From contig JAQUPE010000003.1 in the NCBI GenBank assembly GCA_028716745.1, positions 3,779-67,778 on the forward strand: 64,000 bases of DNA, written 5' to 3'. The notes under the pieces are model-generated. The model did not search any database, was not told the origin of the DNA, and was given only the letters and a program-made list of their open reading frames with translations. The DNA comes from Minisyncoccota bacterium (GTDB lineage: Bacteria; Patescibacteriota; Minisyncoccia; UBA6257; 02-FULL-45-10c). A program made the translations under genes and the position numbers. Positions 41,074-49,603 of the stretch are shown here, piece after piece; within the stretch, counting starts at the first letter, position 1; every line of letters starts with the position of its first letter.

Positions 41074-42084
41074 ATGGAAAAGAAAATTTATAAGGCGGCC
41101 GTAATTGGCTGCGGAAGAATCGGGGTTTTGCAGGAAAAAGACTGGGATATAAAACCGGCCACTCACGCTTTCGCGTTTTTAAAAAATCCGCGGACCAAGC
41201 TCGTGGCTGTTGCCGATTCAAATATTGAGAATTTAAATAAAGCGAAAAAGATGCTTCCGAAAGGCGTGAAGTTTTTTTCCGACGCGGAAAAACTTTTGCG
41301 CGAAATAAATCCGGATATTGTTTCGGTAGCGGTTCCCCGTGGCGGACATTGCGCATTGGTTGAACTTTTAACAAAATATAAAGCCCCGGCGATTATTTGC
41401 GAAAAGCCGATGGCTGATACAATTGAACAGGCGAAAAAAATGATAGCGGATTGCAAAAAATCAAAGTCATTGCTTTTGATAAATCATCAAAGAAGATTTG
41501 ACCCGGCTCTTAGTGAAATCAGAGACGAAATTAAAAAAGGAACTTTTGGAAAAATTCAGAAAGCCAGATGCCTTTATGTAAATGGGATGTGCAATACAGG
41601 AAGTCATGTAATCGATTATTTAAGATTTTGTTTGGGAGATATTAAATCGGTAAGCGCTGTTAAAAATATGCAGGCGGAAACTTATGATAAAAAAGATTAT
41701 TGCGTTGATGCGTCTTTTAAATTTAAAAATGGTACAGATGTAGTTTGGCAGTCGCTTGATAGAAGAGCGTATTGCATTTGGGAAGCGGAATTTTATGGAA
41801 CTAAAAAAGCGGTGAAAATTAGAGACTTGGGGCAGACGGTTGAAATAGTCGGTCTTAGGCCGAGCCGCCGCTATGTCGGATTTAAAGAGCTTGATCATGA
41901 AAAGCCGGAAAAATTGGGAAATCAAAACAGAAGTTTTTTTAAGGCGATGGCGCAGCACGTTGTTGATTGCTTGGATAAAAAAATAAAACCGGCGAGCACC
42001 GGAGAAGATGGATTAGCGGCTTTAAAAGTTTTGGCGGCGATTAAAAAAAGCGCGGAAAATAAAGGAAAAAGGGTTGACATTTAG
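41074..42084 (+). CDS. Gfo/Idh/MocA oxidoreductase (paralog)
   Basis: IGCGRIG, CEKPMA, NHQRRFD, GSHVID; start reassigned to ATG 41074. Confidence 0.9.
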   Translation: MEKKIYKAAVIGCGRIGVLQEKDWDIKPATHAFAFLKNPRTKLVAVADSNIENLNKAKKMLPKGVKFFSDAEKLLREINPDIVSVAVPRGGHCALVELLTKYKAPAIICEKPMADTIEQAKKMIADCKKSKSLLLINHQRRFDPALSEIRDEIKKGTFGKIQKARCLYVNGMCNTGSHVIDYLRFCLGDIKSVSAVKNMQAETYDKKDYCVDASFKFKNGTDVVWQSLDRRAYCIWEAEFYGTKKAVKIRDLGQTVEIVGLRPSRRYVGFKELDHEKPEKLGNQNRSFFKAMAQHVVDCLDKKIKPASTGEDGLAALKVLAAIKKSAENKGKRVDI

Positions 42085-42102
42085 GGCTAAATTATCTATT
42101 TT
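42074..42102 (+). promoter_or_regulatory. Sigma70-like promoter
   Basis: TTGACA-17 nt-TATTTT; SD AGGAGG before ATG 42162. Confidence 0.6.
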
Positions 42103-42161
42103 AAACGAATCAGCAGTTTAACAACAAAAAACTACTTATTCTAATACAGGAGGAATTCCAA

Positions 42162-43649
42162 ATGTCTGATTTCAAAGTTCTGCTGCTTAGCATGAACATC
42201 AGGGCTGAAAGCATGATTTCGCCGGCAATCGGCCTTTTCTCCGCTCTTCTCAAAAGAGAGGGATTCAAGGTCGAAATGTTTGACACGACGCTTTACGATA
42301 TGGCGTCGCGGTATGCGGATCTGGACGAAGCCAAGAGGACGAATCTTATCGTGAGGCCGGGAAAGGCGGATGTCCGTCTGAAAATGACGGATCCTTACGA
42401 GGACTTCAGAAAGAAAACCGAAGAGTTCAAGCCGGACATCATTTGCGTTTCGGCAGTCGAGAGTCTGTTTTTTGTGACGATCGATTTTCTGAGGCGCGTG
42501 GACGACCTGAACATTCCGGTAATCGTCGGAGGGATTTTTACAACCTTCGCTCCGGAAATCGCCCTGAAGTTCAAAGAGGTGGATATGATTTGCCGGGGAG
42601 AAGGCGAGACGGCTATCGTCGAGCTGTGCAGAAGGATGAGACAGGGAAAAGATTGCTCCGATATTCCGAATTTGTGGATTAAAAACAAAAACGGAAATAT
42701 TTCGGAGAACCCGATTTCTTCGCCGGTCAACATGGATGAAAATCCTCTGATAGACCTGGGTATTTTTGAAGAAGCCAGGTTTCTCAAGGTGATGACCGGA
42801 AAAGTTTTCCGGATGATTCCGGTAGAGACCGATCGCGGATGTCCCTATGTCTGCACTTTCTGCAATTCTCACGCCTGGGATTTGTTTTATAAATCTCAGA
42901 CCGGAAAAAGATTTCACAGAAAAAAATCTTTGGCGGCCGTGGAAAGGGAGCTGCAGTATTATTACGACCAGAAGAAGTTCGACTTTTTCGGCTTCTGGGC
43001 GGATACCTTTATCAACTGCACCGACAAGGAGTTTGACGCTTTTTGCGAGATGTATAAAAAGTTCAGATTTCCTTTCTGGTGCCAGACGCGCGCGGAGACG
43101 CTTTCGTGGGATCGGGTAAAGAAACTGAAAGATCTCGGCTTGTACAGGATAGATATCGGGCTGGAACACGGGAATGAAAAATTCAGGAGGGAAAGGCTTC
43201 ACCGTCATTGTTCAAACGATGACATGGTGGAAAAGCTGAAGATCCTGAATGAATATGATATTCCGTATACGGTGAACAACATCATCGGTTTTCCCGACGA
43301 AACCAGGGATCTGATAATGGACACCGTTGAACTGAACCGCCTGATAAAATCCGATTCTGTAAGATGTTCGGTGCTCATGCCTCATCACGGAACAGAGCTG
43401 AGAAGGTACGCGGTGGAAAAGGGATATCTCAGGGCCGACAGTGTTTGTTCGATTGATACGAACGAGCCGGTCCTAAATATGCCTCAGATTTCCAGAAGCG
43501 AACTTAAGGGTTTGTTAAAAACTTTCGCGATGTACGTGAAGTTCCCGAAAGATCGCTGGCCGGAAATCGCAGCTGCCGAAAAGCCCACTCCCGAAGGAGA
43601 AAAGATTCACGAGAAGCTCCGGGAAGAATACGTAAGCAACTTTTTTTGA
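42162..43649 (+). CDS. Cobalamin-binding radical SAM protein
   Basis: VGGIFTT, GEGE, DRGCPYVCTFC, GLEHG, IIGFPDET. Confidence 0.9.
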   Translation: MSDFKVLLLSMNIRAESMISPAIGLFSALLKREGFKVEMFDTTLYDMASRYADLDEAKRTNLIVRPGKADVRLKMTDPYEDFRKKTEEFKPDIICVSAVESLFFVTIDFLRRVDDLNIPVIVGGIFTTFAPEIALKFKEVDMICRGEGETAIVELCRRMRQGKDCSDIPNLWIKNKNGNISENPISSPVNMDENPLIDLGIFEEARFLKVMTGKVFRMIPVETDRGCPYVCTFCNSHAWDLFYKSQTGKRFHRKKSLAAVERELQYYYDQKKFDFFGFWADTFINCTDKEFDAFCEMYKKFRFPFWCQTRAETLSWDRVKKLKDLGLYRIDIGLEHGNEKFRRERLHRHCSNDDMVEKLKILNEYDIPYTVNNIIGFPDETRDLIMDTVELNRLIKSDSVRCSVLMPHHGTELRRYAVEKGYLRADSVCSIDTNEPVLNMPQISRSELKGLLKTFAMYVKFPKDRWPEIAAAEKPTPEGEKIHEKLREEYVSNFF

Positions 43650-43657
43650 CACGAAGT

Positions 43658-43683
43658 GCCGCCCCTCAAAAGGCGGCTTTTTT
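43658..43683 (+). terminator. Intrinsic terminator
   Basis: GCCGCC-8 nt-GGCGGC followed by T6. Confidence 0.75.
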
Positions 43684-43733
43684 GCCTTAATTTTTATAAA
43701 ACAAAGAGCCTATTTTTGGGGTTTTATTACTAT

Positions 43734-46700
43734 ATGTGCGGGATAGCCGGAATAATGGATTTTAAGAGCCAGAAGGTTGATGGGGAAATAATCAGGAAAA
43801 TGACCGAAAGCATGGCTCATAGAGGCCCTAATGGAGAGGGCGTTTTTTTATCTGGGAATATTGGGCTTGGACATCGTCGGCTTAGCATTTTGGATTTGAG
43901 CAATGCGGGCAGTCAGCCGATGACAGTTGGCGACGTAACGATTACCCATAACGGAGAAGTTTATAATTATTTGGAAATTAAAAAAGAATTGGATGGAGAA
44001 AAATATAAAAGCGGTACGGATACGGAAGTAATTATTCGCGCTTATGAAAAGTGGGGAGAAAAGTGCGTGGAAAAATTTAACGGAATTTTTGCCTTTGCGA
44101 TTTGGGATGAAAAGAAAAAACAATTATTTGCGGTTCGGGACCGTTTTGGCGTCAAACCATTTTATTACTCTATTTACAAAAACAAATTTTATTTTGCCTC
44201 CGAGATAAAAGCGATTTTGGCAGCGGGTGTTCCGGCAAAGCCGAACGATAAAATTATCCATCAATATTTGACGACAGGATTTTATGATCATAGCGAAGAA
44301 ACTTTTTTTGAGGGCATCAAGCAATTAATGCCGGGGCATGCAATTTTTGCCAAAGACGGAAAAATTAAAATTTGGCGCTATTGGTATTTGCCGGAAAAGA
44401 TTCAAAATCTGAAAGGAATTAAAGATGAAGAATGTGTAGAAAAGTTTTTAAGCTTATTGGAAGATTCTTCCAAGCTTCAGCTTCGCAGCGACGTGCCGGT
44501 AGGAATAAGCGTGAGCGGAGGATTAGACTCCTCGCTTCTTACGGCGGCAGTTGATAAGGCAGCCGGCGGTCAGAGCAATTTTCAATTGTTTCATTTCGTT
44601 TATCAGGGAAAAAATTATGATTTAGAAACTCCTTTTGTTAATTTATTGGCTAAAAGATTGGGATGGGACAAGCCGAATATAGTTGAAGTTAATCCTGCGG
44701 ATGTTGAAAACATGGCTTCTAAAATAATGTGGCATGAAGAACAGCCATTTCCCGGTCTTCCTACTTCGGGCTGGCATAAGCTTTATCGGAACATAGGGGA
44801 TACAAAAACAGTAGTGACTTTGGAGGGGCATGGAGGCGATGAAATGGCGGCCGGTTATGACTATTATGTGGGCAGTTTTCTTTTGGATGTTTTAAATGAG
44901 CGAGGCGCAGAAGCTATGCTGAGGGAATGCGAGGCTATAGCTGAAATTAGAGGCTTAAAATGGGGTCAAGAACTGGATTCATTCATTGAAAATGGATTGA
45001 TGGCATATGCTGGCGGAGGAATTTCTGCTGATTCTTCCAAGTTTATTAACACGGATTGTTTAAATAATAAATTTGTGAAAAACGATTTTCCGAAGCCGAA
45101 ATTTGAAGAACCATTCGATTCTTATTTATTAAACATACAGTTTAGAGAATTGATGCATACTAAGCTGCCGAGAGTGCTGAGAAGCGTTGACCGCGAGTCT
45201 ATGGCGTTTAGCCGAGAACTTCGCGTTCCGTTTTTAGACCATCGTTTAGTGGAATTTTCTTTTTCTTTGCCATTGGAGCAAAAAATACACGGCGGGCACT
45301 TAAGGTATTTTATGAGAAATGCAGCTGCAAAATTTCTTCCAAAAGAAATTAGCCACATGCCAAAGCGTTCTTTGCCTAATCCGCAAAGACAGTGGTTCCA
45401 GAACGAATTAAAGCCGTGGATTTTTGGAATATTATCATCGGAATCTTTTAGAAAAAGGAAATATTTCAATCAGGAAGCGGTTTTAAAAGAATACGAAAAT
45501 TATTGCCGGCAGCCGAATCCGATAAATTCTTTTCATATTTGGCAATGGGTCAATTTAGAATTATGGCTGAGAACCTTCATTGATTCCGATATGAGCGCCA
45601 ATGACGGCGCAAAAACTATTTTTTTTGTTATTGCGACTATGGCGCGCGTCAATTTTATCCTTCGCACGGATATATTTAAAATTTTAAAAGAAAAAGGTTA
45701 TCGCTTAATTGTAATATCTCCTTTCTATAAAGAGGATTGGTTTATAAAAGAATTCGGCGGTCCAAATGTGATTTTTGAAAAACTTGTCAGAAGGGGGCGA
45801 TTGGCGAAAATTTGGGAAAATTTCAGAAATAAAGTTTTATTGATTAATAACCCGAGACTCGAACGTTGCAAGGAAATTCATTCTTGCGCCAGGAAATTTT
45901 ACCGCAAAAAGGGAATTTTGAGCGGTCTCTGGAGGGAGTCAAAGAATATTTTTTATAGTTTTATTTTAGCGATAATTCCCAGAAAATTGCGCGGCTCAGT
46001 TGTTTTTTGGGCAAAAGTTGGTTTTTATTTTTTGACCAAAAAAGATCATAGAGATTTGTTCAAAAAATATAAGCCGGCAGTGGTTGTTATGGCAAGTGCC
46101 GGAGCAGAGGGGGAAAACATACCGTTTTTGGTTAGTTGCATAAAATTCAATGTTTTGTCCTTTGCCGTTGATAATAATATAGATGTCTTTCAGTTCAGGT
46201 ATTTCAGCAGGCCTAGAAAAGTTACTAAATGGGCTCTTTTTAGCGAAATTCAGAAAAAAGAAGCTATGGAAATGCAGTTGGTTCCGGAATCCGAGCTGGC
46301 GGTTACGGGTCCTGCCAGGTATGACCATTACTTCAAGGGATTCAAGCCCATGCCCCGTGAAGAATTTTTCAAAAAGATAGGCGCAGATCCGAAGAAAAAG
46401 CTGATTACTTTTGGAGCAAAAACGCCAATGATTTATCCGCATAACGGGGATATTATAGATATAATTTACGAAGCCATAAGCAAGAATCATTTTTCTAAGC
46501 CAGCTCAGCTATTCATTCGTTTTGATCCCGGCCATAATCCGGCGCAATATAAGGATTTGTCAAAGAAGGCTATTTTCGAAAGAGCTGAAGATTTTTCGCA
46601 TCGTGATCATATCGCAAATCTTTTGTATTATAGCGATGTTGTTATAAGTATGGGATCGACTTTTTGCATAGAGGCTTGCATGGCTGGAACCCCGGCTTTA

Positions 46701-46979
46701 TGGGTAGGCTTTGATGGTTATAAAAAATATCCGAATATAAAAGATTCTTACAGGTATGTGTATGAGCTGGATTTATTTAAGAGGCTTTTGTCCAGCGGAG
46801 GAATACCGCTGGTTGAATCGCCGGAGATGCTGGTTGGGCAGATAGAAAAATATTTGAAAAATCGAGATTTGGATAAAGATAAAAGGCAAAAGTTAATGGA
46901 CCAGGAATATTTTGGGCTGGATGGCCATGCGGGAGAGAGGATAGCTGATTTGATAATTGATTTGGTTGAAAATAATTAA
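43734..46979 (+). CDS. asnB: Glutamine-dependent amidotransferase (AsnB family) fused to a C-terminal ~460 aa GT-like domain
   Basis: MCGIAG Ntn start at 43734, HRRLSI, HNGEVYNY, RDRFGVKP, SGGLDSS, RVPFLD; no stop codon before the domain that is paralogous to 46981-48333. Confidence 0.85.
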   Translation: MCGIAGIMDFKSQKVDGEIIRKMTESMAHRGPNGEGVFLSGNIGLGHRRLSILDLSNAGSQPMTVGDVTITHNGEVYNYLEIKKELDGEKYKSGTDTEVIIRAYEKWGEKCVEKFNGIFAFAIWDEKKKQLFAVRDRFGVKPFYYSIYKNKFYFASEIKAILAAGVPAKPNDKIIHQYLTTGFYDHSEETFFEGIKQLMPGHAIFAKDGKIKIWRYWYLPEKIQNLKGIKDEECVEKFLSLLEDSSKLQLRSDVPVGISVSGGLDSSLLTAAVDKAAGGQSNFQLFHFVYQGKNYDLETPFVNLLAKRLGWDKPNIVEVNPADVENMASKIMWHEEQPFPGLPTSGWHKLYRNIGDTKTVVTLEGHGGDEMAAGYDYYVGSFLLDVLNERGAEAMLRECEAIAEIRGLKWGQELDSFIENGLMAYAGGGISADSSKFINTDCLNNKFVKNDFPKPKFEEPFDSYLLNIQFRELMHTKLPRVLRSVDRESMAFSRELRVPFLDHRLVEFSFSLPLEQKIHGGHLRYFMRNAAAKFLPKEISHMPKRSLPNPQRQWFQNELKPWIFGILSSESFRKRKYFNQEAVLKEYENYCRQPNPINSFHIWQWVNLELWLRTFIDSDMSANDGAKTIFFVIATMARVNFILRTDIFKILKEKGYRLIVISPFYKEDWFIKEFGGPNVIFEKLVRRGRLAKIWENFRNKVLLINNPRLERCKEIHSCARKFYRKKGILSGLWRESKNIFYSFILAIIPRKLRGSVVFWAKVGFYFLTKKDHRDLFKKYKPAVVVMASAGAEGENIPFLVSCIKFNVLSFAVDNNIDVFQFRYFSRPRKVTKWALFSEIQKKEAMEMQLVPESELAVTGPARYDHYFKGFKPMPREEFFKKIGADPKKKLITFGAKTPMIYPHNGDIIDIIYEAISKNHFSKPAQLFIRFDPGHNPAQYKDLSKKAIFERAEDFSHRDHIANLLYYSDVVISMGSTFCIEACMAGTPALWVGFDGYKKYPNIKDSYRYVYELDLFKRLLSSGGIPLVESPEMLVGQIEKYLKNRDLDKDKRQKLMDQEYFGLDGHAGERIADLIIDLVENN
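45651..45762 (+). repeat. 112-bp direct repeat, copy 1
   Basis: Identical to 47023-47134 by manual comparison. Confidence 0.9.
46335..46405 (+). repeat. 71-bp direct repeat, copy 1
   Basis: Identical to 47698-47768. Confidence 0.9.
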
Positions 46980-46980
46980 T

Positions 46981-48333
46981 ATGAAAACAATATTTTTAGT
47001 TATTACTGCTAATACGAGAGTAAATTTTATCCTTCGCACGGATATATTTAAAATTTTAAAAGAAAAAGGTTATCGCTTAATTGTAATATCTCCTTTCTAT
47101 AAAGAGGATTGGTTTATAAAAGAATTCGGCGGTCAGAGTGTTGTTTTTGAAAAATTTATTCCTAAAGCTAAAATTGGAGCCATATGGGATAGCTGGCGCA
47201 GCCAGATTTTGGCGATTAATCATCCAAAGATGAAAATTTTTAAAGAAACTCATGATTATGCCAGCCGGCGTTTTGTTAAGAAAAAAAATCCAGTTCAAAA
47301 AATAGCCAGCATTTTTAAGGGCTTCGTTTTGGCTTTAATTCCGGGATTTCTTAAAACCAGCGCGGATTTATGGGACAAAATAGGTTTTTATTTTTTAGTT
47401 ACTTCAAATCACAAAAAATTATTTAGAAAATATAGTCCGGCGGCTGTTGTTTTGGCGAGCGCCGGAGCTGAGGGTTCGGAAACGCCGTACATATCCTATT
47501 GCGGGAAATATGGGATTTTTTCGTTTGCCGTCGATAATAATATAGACGTTTTTGAATACCGCTATCTCAGCAAGCCAATGAGAGTTTCCAAGTGGACGTT
47601 GTTCGGGGATCCGCAAAAAGAGGAGGCAATAGAGATTCAAAAAATTCCCTCATCGGAATTAGTTGTACCCGGACCGGCGCGTTACGATTATTATTTTAAG
47701 GGATTCAAGCCCATGCCCCGTGAAGAATTTTTCAAAAAGATAGGCGCAGATCCGAAGAAAAAGCTGATAACCTATGGAGCCAAGATTCCGGTTATGTATC
47801 CTCACAACGGCGATATAATGAGAATTATTTTAGATGCCATTAAAGAAAGAAAATTTAATGACGCTCAATTATTTGTGAGATTTGATCCCAATCATGACGC
47901 TAAAATATACGGAGATTTATTGAAAGAAATTATTTATGAACGGGCAGAAGAGGCTCCTACGCGGGATCATTTGGCTAATTTATTTTATTATAGCGATGTT
48001 GTTGTTAGCATCGGGTCTACATTTGGCATAGAAGCATGTTTTACCGGGACGCCGGCAATTTGGGTAGGATTTGACGGCTATAAAAAATATGATGATCCTA
48101 AAGACGCTTACGGATTTATTTACGAACTGGATTTATTTAAAAGAATTGCGGATACCAAGGGGATTCCAATTGTTTGGACCAAGGAGGAATTAACGGATAA
48201 AATAAAAAAATATCTGGCGGATAGGAATTTAGACGCCGATAAAAGAAAAAAACTTATAGATCAGGAGTATTCTAATCCCGACGGACATGCCGGAGAAAGA
48301 ATCGCAAATATAATAATAGAAACAATAAAATGA
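46981..48333 (+). CDS. Hypothetical GT-B/CDP-glycerol-transferase-like protein
   Basis: Paralog of the AsnB C-terminal domain; GPARYD, SDVVVSIGSTFGIEA, DGHAGERIA resemble GT-B C-termini. Confidence 0.6.
   Translation: MKTIFLVITANTRVNFILRTDIFKILKEKGYRLIVISPFYKEDWFIKEFGGQSVVFEKFIPKAKIGAIWDSWRSQILAINHPKMKIFKETHDYASRRFVKKKNPVQKIASIFKGFVLALIPGFLKTSADLWDKIGFYFLVTSNHKKLFRKYSPAAVVLASAGAEGSETPYISYCGKYGIFSFAVDNNIDVFEYRYLSKPMRVSKWTLFGDPQKEEAIEIQKIPSSELVVPGPARYDYYFKGFKPMPREEFFKKIGADPKKKLITYGAKIPVMYPHNGDIMRIILDAIKERKFNDAQLFVRFDPNHDAKIYGDLLKEIIYERAEEAPTRDHLANLFYYSDVVVSIGSTFGIEACFTGTPAIWVGFDGYKKYDDPKDAYGFIYELDLFKRIADTKGIPIVWTKEELTDKIKKYLADRNLDADKRKKLIDQEYSNPDGHAGERIANIIIETIK
47023..47134 (+). repeat. 112-bp direct repeat, copy 2
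   Basis: Identical to 45651-45762. Confidence 0.9.
47698..47768 (+). repeat. 71-bp direct repeat, copy 2
   Basis: Identical to 46335-46405. Confidence 0.9.
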
Positions 48334-49556
48334 AAAGAATAAGCCAATATTTTGGAAATTTTTTCGGAGTCAATATGAATTACCTTATTGGAGGGGGATT
48401 TTGGCTCGGCTTAGATCAGATTTTTTCTGCGGGAACAAGCATGGTTCTAACTGTGGCTTTCGCTAACCTTATTTCACAGGAAGCTTACGGGACTTATCGC
48501 TATATTCTTTCAATTTTCGGTATTTTAACGATTGCTACGCTGCCGAACATGAATATAGCCGTTCTAACATCGGTTGCCAGAGGATTTGAAAATTTATCAA
48601 AAGCTCTTAAGAGCAGGATTGAATGGGGATTTATAGGAACGATAGCCGGTTTTTCTTTGGCGGGTTTTTATTTTTATCAAGGCAATAATTTGCTTGGATA
48701 TGCTTTCATAATAATGGCTGTATTTCTTCCCTTCACGGATTCCTTTAATGTCTTTCTGGCTTTTTTCAGGGGGAGAAAGCTTTTTAGGGAACAAACTTTA
48801 TATTCCATTATCATAAAATCGGTATCGGCCGCTGCTTTGATTGCAACACTTTTTCTGACAGAAAATCTGCTGATAATTTTATTGGCTTTTTTTATTCCCT
48901 ATGTTTTATCAAGAGTATTTTTATATTGGCTTGCGGTTAAAAAGTTTTCTCCGAATAACGAAGTTGATCCGAATACAATTTCTTACGGGAAAAATTTAAG
49001 CCTTCTTCAGTTTTTAGGATTCGTAGTGAATTATTTGGATAATCTTCTGATATTTTATTATCTCGGCCCTATTTCCTTGGCTATTTATACGATGGCTATG
49101 GCGCCGATATCAAAGTTTCAGAAAGCCTTTTCTATATTGCCGGACTTGGCATTACCTAAGTTTTCCGAGCGGCCAGCCGAAGAAATAAAAAAGTATTTAA
49201 TTAAGAGAATTTTTAAATTGTTTATTTTTATAATTCCGATAGTTGCGGTCTATATTTTAATAGCCCCGATGATTTTTGATTTTTTTCTTCCCAAATACCA
49301 TGATTCCATATTTTATACGCAGCTGCTTTCTTTGGTATTTTTATGTCTTCCTTTTTCTCTTATTTATACTTTTATGCAGTCCAAGGCAATGCAGAAGCAG
49401 CTTTATATTTACAATATTTCTATTCGCATAATCCAGCTTATCCTCACAGTAATTTTTGTGGGTTTATACGGGGTGATGGGAGCCGTCATAGCCAGGCTGA
49501 TTTTCCAGCTTGCAGCAACGTCCATTCTTTTTGTTATTTTTAAGGCGGTTAAATAG
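48330..49556 (+). CDS. Wzx-like oligosaccharide flippase
   Basis: About 12 TM helices, YGTYRY, DNLLIFYYLGP..LAIY, LPKFS, YGVMGAVIA. Confidence 0.8.
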   Translation: MKRISQYFGNFFGVNMNYLIGGGFWLGLDQIFSAGTSMVLTVAFANLISQEAYGTYRYILSIFGILTIATLPNMNIAVLTSVARGFENLSKALKSRIEWGFIGTIAGFSLAGFYFYQGNNLLGYAFIIMAVFLPFTDSFNVFLAFFRGRKLFREQTLYSIIIKSVSAAALIATLFLTENLLIILLAFFIPYVLSRVFLYWLAVKKFSPNNEVDPNTISYGKNLSLLQFLGFVVNYLDNLLIFYYLGPISLAIYTMAMAPISKFQKAFSILPDLALPKFSERPAEEIKKYLIKRIFKLFIFIIPIVAVYILIAPMIFDFFLPKYHDSIFYTQLLSLVFLCLPFSLIYTFMQSKAMQKQLYIYNISIRIIQLILTVIFVGLYGVMGAVIARLIFQLAATSILFVIFKAVK

Positions 49557-49603
49557 TTGTATATTAGTAAGAATAATAGTATTTTAATTAATAAATAATT
49601 AAT

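Noticed and set aside
42141-43208. 355 aa minus-strand ORF
   Set aside because: Antisense to the radical SAM gene; explained by codon bias that depletes reverse-strand stops.
43656-43733. Extended N-termini in the ORF track (43656, 2398, 6877, 6739, 30655, 38534, 40984, 58751, 62466)
   Set aside because: The extensions run through terminators, promoters or neighbouring genes; AsnB needs Cys at position 2, which fixes its start at 43734.
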